Shown one piece after another: positions 40,414 to 50,109 of a stretch of DNA of 64,000 nucleotides. Both the position numbers and the translations under genes were made by a program. The DNA lies in the NCBI GenBank assembly GCA_965205975.1, contig OZ242195.1:3456001-3520000 (forward strand), in the 5' to 3' direction. Numbering within the stretch: the first letter of the stretch is position 1; the number at the start of each line of letters is the position of its first letter. The notes beneath the pieces were generated by a model, which saw nothing but the letters and a program-made list of their open reading frames with translations, made no database searches and was not told the origin of the DNA. The DNA comes from Candidatus Latescibacterota bacterium. GTDB taxonomy: Bacteria; Latescibacterota; UBA2968.

Positions 40414-40442
40414 TTGACAAGTGAACATTTGAGCACTAATTT
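40414..40442 (+). promoter_or_regulatory. Possible sigma70 promoter for CAPP-cas1-cas2
   Basis: TTGACA-N17-TAATTT. Confidence 0.5.
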
Positions 40443-40538
40443 TTGGGTTAAAATTAAAACCGCCCAAAAGAGTAAGGTAAGCCACAGGTTCCCCCCGCAT
40501 GTGGTTATATTTTTCTCCAAATAGAAAGGAATCTCCCC

Positions 40539-42464
40539 ATGACAACCCCTGCGATTGAACAGTCCCCCACATCTCTCGTAGATACCCTCTGTGAAAAAGC
40601 ACAGGTGCTTTTGGAAAAAAACAATGTGGATGGCGTAGAGGCACTCGCATCAGAAGCCAGTGCGCGCGACCCGGCGTGCAACCGCGCACATCAATTGATG
40701 CTCCGCGTAGCCCTCATCCGAGACGAACAGGACAGGGCACAAACATTGCTCAATCGGTGGCGCGATTTGCCGGTAGATGATGCGTTTGGTGAATGGGGTG
40801 TACTCGCAGAAGAAATGAACGACATACAGGCAGCCGTTGAAATCTATCAGGCGCACCTATCCCAATGTCCTGACGATGCCAAATCCCTATTTGGACTGGC
40901 AATGCTACACGCAGACCGCAATGAAACGGGCCTCGCGCAATCGCGCTTGCAAATCCTCATACAGCACCATGCAGACCATACAGAAGGAATCTTTGAACTC
41001 GCGCGCCTGTACGAAGAAGACGGCATGATGGGCCTCGCGCAAGAACTCTACGCACGGGTACTCGAACTCGACCCGGACCATGCGGGCGCACTTGCGGGCA
41101 AACAACTCGTCGGCGCACAATTGCAAACATCCCAAACCTTACCAGATGCAGAAATCAAAAACCACCCCGATAGTGCCGCCCTGATCCTCCGGCTATTTGC
41201 CGCGCGAAAAGACGTGTACGCACGCCAATGGATTGATGAAGACGGAAAAACCGGCTATGTCCCCGTGCGCGAACCCCTCACAGAAGACGCGATCCAATCC
41301 CATCTCCGGGGAGATACAACTGTAGGCGTCTATCCAATTTTTGACCGGGACAAAGCACAATTTTTGGCCCTGGATATCGACATCAAAAAAGAAGCCCTCA
41401 ACACAGCGCAGCAAAACAACACCTTAATGGATGCGTTGCGCGAACAAGTATGCAAAGACATCCGACGGGTTTGCGCGGGCTTCGCATCCCTCAACCTCCC
41501 CGTTCACATCGAAGACAGCGGAAACAAAGGCGCGCATATATGGCTCTTCTTTGAAAAACCCATCCGCGCATGCGACCTGCGCGCTTATGGCCACGCATTT
41601 GCAAAGCGATTTGGCCCAGCATCAGAAGATTTACAGTGGGAGTGGTTTCCCAAACAAGACGCCGTTGGGGAAGATGAACTTGGCAACCTGATCAAACTAC
41701 CACTCGGCATCCACCGCAAAACAGGACGCCGCGCGTTATTTATCGACACAGAAGGACACGCACTCGCAGATCAAGATCGGGTATTGCGCGACATCAAACC
41801 CATAGACACACAGGCTTATGACCATGCGGTCTCCCGCCTGGGCGGAGGAGAGACCCACACGCCCCTGAAACAAGTTGATCTGAAAAAAGCATTTCCAGAA
41901 TTTCAACCCATTATGCAAGGCTGTGCAGTCATTCGCGCACTCACAGAAAAAGCCTTTGCAACCGCCCATCTGGTACACATTGAACGCCATGTCTTAAAAT
42001 GCGTATTTGGGCATCTCGACGACCAGGGGCGCACCTTCTTACACGCGGTAATTGGCGCGTGTGCAGACTACAAAGCCGAAATAACCGATTATCAGATCGA
42101 ACGCCTGCATCCGCATCCCATTGGCTGTCCGAAAATCCGCAAACACCTGCCCGACCTCATTGAAACCGTCCCCTGCAACTGCGAATTTGACCTACCAGAA
42201 GGCGGGTACCCCTCTCCCTTGCTACATATCGACCCGGCATTTACCGCTGGCATGGGACGTGTGGATCAACCGCAAAACCGCGAAATAGTAGATCGCTACA
42301 TCACACTGCGCCAGCAAGCCGCACAGGTAATGGCCGACCTATCGCGTACAGAAGATGAAATGCGCGACATATTGCGCCACCGCAAAGGCAAAATCTCCAC
42401 AGGCGTCTGGGTAGTCACAGCGGATGACGCTGGACGATTGCAAATAGGCATTGAGGCGGTTTAA
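40539..42464 (+). CDS. CRISPR-associated primase-polymerase (CAPP): TPR + AEP + Cys-rich PriL-like C-terminus
   Basis: TPR repeats; YARQW, ALDID, EDSGNKGAHIWLFF, FPKQ, GNLIKLPLGIH; GCAVI..HIER..C..Y..GCPKIR..CNC..YPSPLLH; directly upstream of cas1. Confidence 0.9.
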   Translation: MTTPAIEQSPTSLVDTLCEKAQVLLEKNNVDGVEALASEASARDPACNRAHQLMLRVALIRDEQDRAQTLLNRWRDLPVDDAFGEWGVLAEEMNDIQAAVEIYQAHLSQCPDDAKSLFGLAMLHADRNETGLAQSRLQILIQHHADHTEGIFELARLYEEDGMMGLAQELYARVLELDPDHAGALAGKQLVGAQLQTSQTLPDAEIKNHPDSAALILRLFAARKDVYARQWIDEDGKTGYVPVREPLTEDAIQSHLRGDTTVGVYPIFDRDKAQFLALDIDIKKEALNTAQQNNTLMDALREQVCKDIRRVCAGFASLNLPVHIEDSGNKGAHIWLFFEKPIRACDLRAYGHAFAKRFGPASEDLQWEWFPKQDAVGEDELGNLIKLPLGIHRKTGRRALFIDTEGHALADQDRVLRDIKPIDTQAYDHAVSRLGGGETHTPLKQVDLKKAFPEFQPIMQGCAVIRALTEKAFATAHLVHIERHVLKCVFGHLDDQGRTFLHAVIGACADYKAEITDYQIERLHPHPIGCPKIRKHLPDLIETVPCNCEFDLPEGGYPSPLLHIDPAFTAGMGRVDQPQNREIVDRYITLRQQAAQVMADLSRTEDEMRDILRHRKGKISTGVWVVTADDAGRLQIGIEAV

Positions 42465-42521
42465 GAATTAAAAATTAAGAATTAAGGGGATCTCACGTCT
42501 TACCGGCTTTCGGGGTTTAAT

Positions 42522-43523
42522 ATGGCCGTACTCTACGTCACAGAAACCGGTGCCCAGGTGCGCCGCGAAGGCGAGCGATTGGCCGTGTGGAAAGGCAAGA
42601 AAAAACTCCACACATTGCCTGCGTATGACCTGCACCAGATGGTCTTATTTGGCAACATCGGAATAACACCTGCGGCAATGCACACCGCGCTGATGCAGGG
42701 CATCGACCTCGTATTACTCAGCACCACGGGCAGTTATCGCGGGCGACTCGTCGGACCGCAGGGCCGCAACGTAATACTGCGGCAAATGCAATACCGTCGC
42801 TACGAAGATGAAGATTTTCGATTGGGTGCTGCACGGGGATTTGTATCGGGCAAAATCCGCAACATGCGTACCCTCATCATGCGCCTTGCACGACGCCGAA
42901 ACCGGGACATTGCCCACACCGCACAGCGACTGCGCGCACTCTTAAAACAGATAGACCGCATTGACAATGCCGATGCACTGCGCGGAATCGAAGGTGCGGC
43001 AACAGCGACTTACTTCGGTGCGCTGAGCCAATTTTTACCCTCAGCATTTCCCTTTGTCAAACGCACGCGGCGCCCGCCCAAAGACGCGGTCAATGCCATG
43101 TTGAGCTTTGGCTATACGCTGCTGTCTTCGGACATGGAATCGGCTGTCTTGCGCGTGGGATTAGATCCCTATATCGGTTATCTGCATCTCGTGGATTACG
43201 GACGTCCCTCGCTCGCGCTGGACATGATGGAAGAATTTCGTCCGGTAATTGTAGATGCAATGGTACTGGACCTGCTAAATCACGGACAAATCAAAAAAGA
43301 GGACTTTGAACAGCGCGATGGGGGCGTATTTTTATATGGCGATGGACGACAGCAACTAATCCGCGCCTATCAGGACCGGGTCGCAACTGAAGTTCAATAT
43401 CTACAACCCAGTGGACAGGTACAAAAAGTGCCCTATCGCCAGTGTTTCGAGTTGCAAGCTCGCCGTCTCATCCGCATGTTGCGCGGCGAAGACGCGGCAT
43501 ATCAGCCATTTTTAATCCGATGA
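42522..43523 (+). CDS. cas1: Cas1
   Basis: LRGIEG, RRPPKDAVNAMLSFGY, GLDPYIGYLH, SLALDMMEEFRP. Confidence 0.97.
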   Translation: MAVLYVTETGAQVRREGERLAVWKGKKKLHTLPAYDLHQMVLFGNIGITPAAMHTALMQGIDLVLLSTTGSYRGRLVGPQGRNVILRQMQYRRYEDEDFRLGAARGFVSGKIRNMRTLIMRLARRRNRDIAHTAQRLRALLKQIDRIDNADALRGIEGAATATYFGALSQFLPSAFPFVKRTRRPPKDAVNAMLSFGYTLLSSDMESAVLRVGLDPYIGYLHLVDYGRPSLALDMMEEFRPVIVDAMVLDLLNHGQIKKEDFEQRDGGVFLYGDGRQQLIRAYQDRVATEVQYLQPSGQVQKVPYRQCFELQARRLIRMLRGEDAAYQPFLIR

Positions 43524-43541
43524 GTATTGGAGATCAACGCA

Positions 43542-43823
43542 ATGCTTGTGGTAGTAGCCTACGACATAGCCGACAAACGCCGATTGCGGCGGGTGATGAA
43601 ACTCATGGAAAACTACGGATCGCGCCGACAGAAAAGCGTTTTTGAATGCAACTTGAATGAACGGCGATTTCTCGCGTTGCGGTCTAAAATGTCGGAATTG
43701 ATTGACCCGGAAGACGATCGCATCTGTTATTATCATCTATGTGCAGCATGCGAAAAGCGGGTTGAAGGTATATCCAAACGCGAACATCCCGTGCCAAAAC
43801 GCGAGGATTATGTGATTGTGTGA
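43542..43823 (+). CDS. cas2: Cas2
   Basis: VVAYDIAD.RRL, RQKSVFEC, EDDRICYY. Confidence 0.96.
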   Translation: MLVVVAYDIADKRRLRRVMKLMENYGSRRQKSVFECNLNERRFLALRSKMSELIDPEDDRICYYHLCAACEKRVEGISKREHPVPKREDYVIV

Positions 43824-43835
43824 GCAGATACTTGT

Positions 43836-44987
43836 ATGAGGAAATACATGAAACCTGTCGTCGCGCACAGTGCCAACCCCTATTTACCAGCCACAGCGAC
43901 CTGGATATACGACCAGATCCGCGCATTGAAACGATATCGTCCCATCGTCCTCACACAAACGCGCCAGAACCTGGATCGCTTTCCCATAGAACCCGTCTTA
44001 TCCGCCGAAGATATCTCGCCCATTCGCAGAACAACCCTCCGCCTCATTCGCAAAATGCGCGGCACATACGCGGGCTATGAAAACTGGCTTTGCAAACACA
44101 ACGCCGCCCTCATCCACGCGCACTTTGGGCAAGAGGGATACCGATGTCTCTCCGCAAAACAGCGCACAGGCATCCCCCTGATCACCACCTTTTACGGCCT
44201 GGACGTATCGGCACTACCCCGGCAAAAAAAATGGCAAAAACGATACAAACGACTCTTTGCCGAAGGCGACCTCTTCCTCGTCGAAGGACCCTTCATGGGC
44301 GAACAACTCATCGCACTGGGATGCCCTGCCAACCGGGTAATCGTACAACATCTGGGCGTAGATCTCGACAAAATACCCTTCAGAACAGACCCCACACCCA
44401 AACAACCCATCGTATTGACATACAGCGTATTTCGAGAAAAAAAAGGATTGAAATACGCAATCCAGGCTTATGCGAAAATAGCAGAAAAATATCCGGACGC
44501 CCAACTGCGGATGATCGGCGACGGACCTTTGCGTCCACAACTACAAGCCGAAATACGAAATCTACACCTTGAAAACCGCGTAAAAATGCTCGGCCTGCTT
44601 CCCCATCCCACCGCACTTGAAGAACTAAAACGCGCGACAATCCTCCTCTATCCCAGCGTCACAGCATCAGATGGCGACACCGAAGGCGGTGCCCCTGTCG
44701 CCCTCATCGAAGCCATGGCAATGGGTATCCCCATCGTATCGTCTCAACACGCCGACATCCCCGAAGTCGTCATCGACAAAACCTGTGGCCTATTATATCC
44801 CGAACGAGATGTCGCGGGCCTCGCTGAGGGACTGGACACCCTCCTCAACTCCCCCGAACAATTTGGCCGCGCTGGCCGTGCCCATGTCGAAAAACAGCAC
44901 AACCTAGAGAGACAAGCCGAAAAATTAGAGGTGATTTATGATCGGGTTGTGATGAACCAGCCCCAAGCCCCAAAGTATAATCCTTGA
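43836..44987 (+). CDS. Glycosyltransferase family 4 (WcaL-like)
   Basis: IHAHFG, EKKG, IGDGPL, DGDTEGGAPVALIEAMAMG. Confidence 0.92.
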   Translation: MRKYMKPVVAHSANPYLPATATWIYDQIRALKRYRPIVLTQTRQNLDRFPIEPVLSAEDISPIRRTTLRLIRKMRGTYAGYENWLCKHNAALIHAHFGQEGYRCLSAKQRTGIPLITTFYGLDVSALPRQKKWQKRYKRLFAEGDLFLVEGPFMGEQLIALGCPANRVIVQHLGVDLDKIPFRTDPTPKQPIVLTYSVFREKKGLKYAIQAYAKIAEKYPDAQLRMIGDGPLRPQLQAEIRNLHLENRVKMLGLLPHPTALEELKRATILLYPSVTASDGDTEGGAPVALIEAMAMGIPIVSSQHADIPEVVIDKTCGLLYPERDVAGLAEGLDTLLNSPEQFGRAGRAHVEKQHNLERQAEKLEVIYDRVVMNQPQAPKYNP

Positions 44988-45051
44988 CATCAAAAACTAT
45001 TGATACAATTTTTGGCAGTGTTATTTCCACGCATTTAAAACGGAGACAAAG

Positions 45052-46425
45052 ATGCCTGAACACCCCAACCTCGTATTTGTATTCCCCGACGAATATCGCA
45101 AACAGGCCATGGGATTCATGAACGAAGACCCCGTAATAACCCCCAATATCGACCGATTTGCGTCTGAAAGCCTCGTATTAACCGACGCCGTAAGCACCAG
45201 ACCCGTATGCAGCCCATATCGGGCAATGCTCTTCACCGGACAATATCCCCACGCCAACGGCGTACTCAGCAACGTCAACTCCACCACAGTACAATACGAA
45301 AACTACCTGCGAGAAAACGCACGGTGCTTCTCAGACGTCTTGCACGACGCTGGCTACAACCAGGCGTACCTGGGCAAACTACACCTCGATCCCCCCAATG
45401 AGCAATATCAATACACAGAAGGACCGAGAGGAAATGGCGTCATCTGGGACTCATACACCCCACCGGGACCGCGCAGACACGGATATGACTTCTGGTATTC
45501 CTACGGCTGTTGCGACTGGCACTTCAACCCCCACTATTGGACCGGCAATGACCCCATTGAAAAGCGCATTGAACCGCGGGAATGGTCTCCCAAACACGAA
45601 ACCGACATCGCAATAAACTACATCCGCAACAAAGGTGGCAAATACAGAGATCCCAAAAAACCATTCTCACTCGTCATATCCCACAACCCACCGCACATGC
45701 CATTCAAACAAGTACCAGAAAAATACGTCGCCCAATACGGCGATGCCACCCATGAAGACCTCTTAACGCGCCCCAATGTCCCCGCAGACACAAGCGGCGA
45801 CAGCGCCCGCGAAAACGCGAAACACTACTTCGCCATGGTAACCGGCGTCGATGAAAACTTTGGACGCATACTGGACTGCTTAAAAACAGAGGGACTGGAA
45901 GAAGATACCATCGTAGTCTTCACCTCTGACCACGGTGAAATGATGGGCAGCCACGGCCGCATCGGCAAAACCGTACACTACGAAGAATCCTTCACCGTAC
46001 CATTTATCATCCGCTGGCCCGGCAAAATCACACCCGGCACAGATAACCTGTTAATCGGCACACCCGACTTAATGCCCACATTGCTCAACCTCATGGGCGT
46101 GGAACAGGTCCCCGACAGCGTCCAGGGAACGGATTACTCCGACATCCTCCTGGGTAAAAAAGGCACGCGCCCGACATCTGCACTCTACCTCAACGTAATG
46201 CCCGCCGACCCCGCTGGCGGATCGCGTGGCGTGCGCACACACCGGCACACGTATGTCGTCACGCGGACACCCGAAAGCGAAGAAACGATCCTCCACGACA
46301 ATGTCGCAGACCCCTATCAACTCCAAAACATCGCTGGCGATCATCCCGGCCTTGTGGCAGAACTTGAGGACGAAATGAACAACTGGTTGGAAAAAACTGG
46401 CGACCCATGGTTAACCCAAAAATAA
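45052..46425 (+). CDS. Sulfatase
   Basis: CSPYR, GKLHL, NPPH, FTSDHGEM. Confidence 0.92.
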   Translation: MPEHPNLVFVFPDEYRKQAMGFMNEDPVITPNIDRFASESLVLTDAVSTRPVCSPYRAMLFTGQYPHANGVLSNVNSTTVQYENYLRENARCFSDVLHDAGYNQAYLGKLHLDPPNEQYQYTEGPRGNGVIWDSYTPPGPRRHGYDFWYSYGCCDWHFNPHYWTGNDPIEKRIEPREWSPKHETDIAINYIRNKGGKYRDPKKPFSLVISHNPPHMPFKQVPEKYVAQYGDATHEDLLTRPNVPADTSGDSARENAKHYFAMVTGVDENFGRILDCLKTEGLEEDTIVVFTSDHGEMMGSHGRIGKTVHYEESFTVPFIIRWPGKITPGTDNLLIGTPDLMPTLLNLMGVEQVPDSVQGTDYSDILLGKKGTRPTSALYLNVMPADPAGGSRGVRTHRHTYVVTRTPESEETILHDNVADPYQLQNIAGDHPGLVAELEDEMNNWLEKTGDPWLTQK

Positions 46426-46435
46426 GGAGCAATAA

Positions 46436-47746
46436 ATGGCAGATTCCCCAAACCTCCTCGTCATACACACCGACGAACAAAGTTGCTGGACATTGAGCGC
46501 ATATGGCGGAACACTCGTCGAAACGCCCCACATTGACTCCCTGGCAAACGAAGGCGCAATCTTGACAAACTTCATGGTCAACGTCGCCGTATGCACCCCA
46601 TCCCGAGGCGTATTCCTCACCGGACGCTACGAACATGTACACGGCGCGTATCGCAACAACATCCCCCTCAACCGCGATGAAATCACATTTGCCCAGGCAT
46701 TAAAAGACCGCGAATACGACACCGGATACGCGGGCAAATGGCATCTGGACGGACCCCCGCGCCCCGGCTGGGTACACCCCGAACGCACAATGGGCTTTGA
46801 CGACGCCGAATACATGTTCAATCGCGGACACTGGAAAAAAATCGAAGACGTCGATATGGGCGATGTACAACCCACAGTGTTTAACTACAAAACCATGGGC
46901 GACGCAAAAACCTATCCAACGGACTGGCTAACCGAAAAAACCAACGAATTTTTGACTCGAGATCGAGAAAACCCGTTTTGTTTCATGCTCAGCATCCCCG
47001 ACCCCCATCCGCCATTTCCTGTACGCGCACCCTACGACACCAGGTACAACCCCGCAGACATGCCATTGCCCGACACGCGCAACGAAGAAAATCAGCCCAG
47101 CTGGGTACCCAAAAAACAGGCTCCGAAAGATGATATCTTACGCAAACACATGGCCCAATACTGCGGCATGGTCAAACTCATAGACGACTGCGTAGGCAGA
47201 ATGCTCGATGCACTGCGCGAAAAAGGCATCCTGGACAACACAATAGTCGTATTCACATCCGACCACGGCGAATACCTCGGCGAACACGGATTGATGGGCA
47301 AGAATCAACTCTATGAAACGGCGTATCGCGTCCCCATGTTAATCCGCTGGCCCGAAAAAATTCCGGCTGGCACGCGAATAGATCGCCTGGTTGGCTCCGT
47401 CGATTTCATGCCCACCATCCTGACCCTCATGGGATTTGAACCCTGTGGACGCGAACACGGACGAGATGCATCTGCACTCTTGCGCGGCGAAGAAACCGAA
47501 TGGGACGACATCTGTTATATACACCACGACCCGAACAGAGCCGGCGTATTCACCCCCAATTACGAACTCGCCTATGTAAAGGACCACGACGCCATTCTCT
47601 TTGATCGTCAAAACGATCCCGACCAGGTGAACAACCTGTTTGACGCCCCCGAACACCGGGAAATGATCGCAGCCATGACCGCCGACCTCGCCGCACATCA
47701 CGCATCGGTCAACTCGCCATCAGCAGAATGGTTGAAGGAACTATAA
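46436..47746 (+). CDS. Sulfatase
   Basis: CTPSR, GKWHL, DPHPP, FTSDHGE. Confidence 0.92.
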   Translation: MADSPNLLVIHTDEQSCWTLSAYGGTLVETPHIDSLANEGAILTNFMVNVAVCTPSRGVFLTGRYEHVHGAYRNNIPLNRDEITFAQALKDREYDTGYAGKWHLDGPPRPGWVHPERTMGFDDAEYMFNRGHWKKIEDVDMGDVQPTVFNYKTMGDAKTYPTDWLTEKTNEFLTRDRENPFCFMLSIPDPHPPFPVRAPYDTRYNPADMPLPDTRNEENQPSWVPKKQAPKDDILRKHMAQYCGMVKLIDDCVGRMLDALREKGILDNTIVVFTSDHGEYLGEHGLMGKNQLYETAYRVPMLIRWPEKIPAGTRIDRLVGSVDFMPTILTLMGFEPCGREHGRDASALLRGEETEWDDICYIHHDPNRAGVFTPNYELAYVKDHDAILFDRQNDPDQVNNLFDAPEHREMIAAMTADLAAHHASVNSPSAEWLKEL

Positions 47747-47757
47747 CGGGAGGATCT

Positions 47758-48237
47758 ATGGCATTTGATTCACGGCTGCAACGAGACATAATGGGGCGGT
47801 TTGTAACGGGTGTCACCGTCGTCACCACGCGATACAAAAACGGCGACATAACCGGCATGACAGCCAATGCCGTCATGTCATTATCGCTGGACCCACCGCT
47901 CGTCGTGGTATCGGTCGATAAATCAGCCACCATGCACAGCGCCTTATCTGACGCACAGTGTTATGCAATCAACATCCTCACCCGAGAACAGGAACATCTA
48001 TCCAACCGATTTGCCATACCGGGACCAAAGGACTTTTCCGATCTGACATTGCGCGAAAGCAAAACAGGTGCGCCGATCCTGGAGGGAACACTGGGATATC
48101 TCGACTGCAAGATAGTGAACATCTTGCCAGCAGGCGATCACGACATGTTTGTAGGAGAAATACTGACGGGAGAATTGGGAGAGGGGAACCCGTTGCTCTA
48201 TTATGGAGGAAAGTATCGAAGTCTGGCAGTAGAATAA
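47758..48237 (+). CDS. Flavin reductase (HpaC/DIM6-like)
   Basis: GRFVTGVTVVT, SLSLDPPLV, GDHDMFVG, PLLY. Confidence 0.93.
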   Translation: MAFDSRLQRDIMGRFVTGVTVVTTRYKNGDITGMTANAVMSLSLDPPLVVVSVDKSATMHSALSDAQCYAINILTREQEHLSNRFAIPGPKDFSDLTLRESKTGAPILEGTLGYLDCKIVNILPAGDHDMFVGEILTGELGEGNPLLYYGGKYRSLAVE

Positions 48238-48239
48238 GC

Positions 48240-49955
48240 TCAGGTATGAACATACATATCCAAAAACCGCTTTTCTCCTTCCGAACTGCCAATAAGGAGA
48301 ATTTCCGCTGCTTTTGGTAGCGGTTTATTGGGATCGGGATTGAGTTGCATTTCATGGTTATCGTTAAGTGCGATAATCGTGCATCCCGTATTCCTGCGAA
48401 TAGCTGAATTAGCAATCGTCTTTCCAACAAGAGAAGAGGGCATTTTCATCCTGAACACGCTGATATCCTCACTAAACACGCTCAGGCTCTCTGCCACCAT
48501 CAGGGTATCACTGCGTTTTAAGAAATTGAAAATTGCATCTGCGCCCATCGACGCATAAGACATGACGAAATCCGCGCCCGCGCGGTGCAGTGTTGCGATA
48601 TTTCTCTCTTGCGTAACGCGGCTGATAATCTGAATTTCCGGATTTAATCGCCGGCAATAAACCGTGAGATAAACATTGATATCATCGTCGTGCGTCGTAA
48701 TAATAACCGTCAACGCATTCATAATCTCGGCTCTTTTTAAAACCTCAAAATCTGCGGCATTGCCCACAATACAATTATCGAGCCTCTGAGCCTGGTCTGC
48801 ATCTTTTTCCACAATCCGATAGTCGATACCTTGTTCCACAAGCGTGCGCGCAGCCTCCATGCCAACACCACCACCACCAATAATCACAACGGGAGCATTT
48901 GAAACTTTGTAGATACAGAACAACTCGTTAAATCTATCCAATTGACTCTGTGTCCCCGTCATAACCAGCACAGTGTGGGGACCAATACGGGTATCGGGCA
49001 ATGCCGACTGAAAAATACCGCGTTCCCAAACGCCGACCGCCGTCAGACCCAGTTCTCGGCGCAGGCCAATCTCCTCGAGAGTTTTGCCCACAAGAGGCGT
49101 ATGGGCCGCCGTGGTCTCGGCAATTAACAAATCGTCGTACTGACCAATCACATGCGCTGCGGTCTCCCCGCTCTGGGTGCGTCGCGCAAGAGATGAGCCG
49201 AGCATCTTGTCAAGTTGAAGCACATGGTCGCATCCCGCCAATTGGAGAATATCCACAGAATCGGGATCGTCTGCTCTGGCAATAATCGGCACAGTGGGAT
49301 TGAGATCGCGTACAGTAAATGCGATATGGGTATTAATCGGATCGGTATCTGTTGCCGCAACAAGCGCCGCTTGCTCAATCTGCATTTTTTCATAGGTATC
49401 CGGATTGTCCAAATCCCCAACCACAACATTGATACCCTGATCGTAAAGTTGCTGTGCATGCGCCAAATCTGGCGTGAGGAGATAATAAGAATAGTGGTAG
49501 CGATCCAGCTTGTTGATAAGCGCTTGTGTAATGGGGTCATGGTGGGTCAAAAGAACATGCTCTCGCGTACCGCGGGGCAACTGACGCGGCGCGCGGGCTT
49601 CGGATTGGGCTTGAATCCACGGTGCGTAAAAAAACTGAATAAAAGTAAATGGCAGAACAATGAGCAAAAAAATCATACCCGTCAGCAAAACCAGCATGGA
49701 GAATAAACGCCCCAGATCCCCCTGAAAGGTAATATCGCCAAAACCCAATGTTGACATAACCGTAAGCGTCCAATAAAAACCCGTAAACCAGCTAAACTCC
49801 TGGCCCTCACGGAGCATGATCAAATGAAAAAGAACGCTAAAAATTGTGACAATCACAGAAAAGGCCAGCAGCAATTTGAACAGCACACCGAGATTTCGCC
49901 GAGCTGTGCGCTTTCCCAATAAAAAGGCGAGTTGTGGGGCAAGGCCTTTGAGCAT
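48240..49955 (-). CDS. Potassium channel with TrkA-N/TrkA-C (RCK) domains
   Basis: YWTLTVMSTLGFGDI selectivity filter, two RCK units (IIGGGGVG); start MLKG at 49955. Confidence 0.92.
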   Translation of the reverse strand: MLKGLAPQLAFLLGKRTARRNLGVLFKLLLAFSVIVTIFSVLFHLIMLREGQEFSWFTGFYWTLTVMSTLGFGDITFQGDLGRLFSMLVLLTGMIFLLIVLPFTFIQFFYAPWIQAQSEARAPRQLPRGTREHVLLTHHDPITQALINKLDRYHYSYYLLTPDLAHAQQLYDQGINVVVGDLDNPDTYEKMQIEQAALVAATDTDPINTHIAFTVRDLNPTVPIIARADDPDSVDILQLAGCDHVLQLDKMLGSSLARRTQSGETAAHVIGQYDDLLIAETTAAHTPLVGKTLEEIGLRRELGLTAVGVWERGIFQSALPDTRIGPHTVLVMTGTQSQLDRFNELFCIYKVSNAPVVIIGGGGVGMEAARTLVEQGIDYRIVEKDADQAQRLDNCIVGNAADFEVLKRAEIMNALTVIITTHDDDINVYLTVYCRRLNPEIQIISRVTQERNIATLHRAGADFVMSYASMGADAIFNFLKRSDTLMVAESLSVFSEDISVFRMKMPSSLVGKTIANSAIRRNTGCTIIALNDNHEMQLNPDPNKPLPKAAEILLIGSSEGEKRFLDMYVHT

Positions 49956-49992
49956 ATCGGTTATTCCTGAAAAAGGGACTGGGATCTGACCG

Positions 49993-50030
49993 CTGGGCGA
50001 GGCATGCCTCGCCCCTACATCCACACCAAC
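49993..50030. repeat. GTAG-type REP element; exact match to the mini-array spacer
   Basis: Perfect 20-bp palindrome GGGCGAGGCATGCCTCGCCC followed by CTAC; core also at 39964-39988. Confidence 0.9.
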
Positions 50031-50050
50031 CACTAACTATTTGTTTTTCA

Positions 50051-50079
50051 AAAATAGGCTATCGCAACAGTTGTGTCAA
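50051..50079 (-). promoter_or_regulatory. Possible sigma70 promoter of the K+ channel gene
   Basis: Minus strand TTGACA (50079-50074)-N17-TATTTT (50056-50051); would place the REP in the 5' UTR. Confidence 0.55.
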
Positions 50080-50109
50080 TTTGGTTCTCAGAACAGAAAG
50101 GAACTCGAA

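Noticed and set aside
42460..42490. AATTAAG heptamer run before cas1
   Set aside because: Short low-complexity repeat with no supportable function
43836..44987. GT4 gene immediately after cas2 as a CRISPR accessory gene
   Set aside because: Ordinary WcaL-like enzyme with host-like composition; adjacency alone is not evidence
6451..47385. Other TGGCACG occurrences (about 6452, 16793, 47368)
   Set aside because: Intragenic and lacking the -12 TTGC
49956..50033. N-terminal extension MVGVDVGARHASP of the K+ channel in the ORF track
   Set aside because: It is the translated REP; the RBS supports ATG 49955
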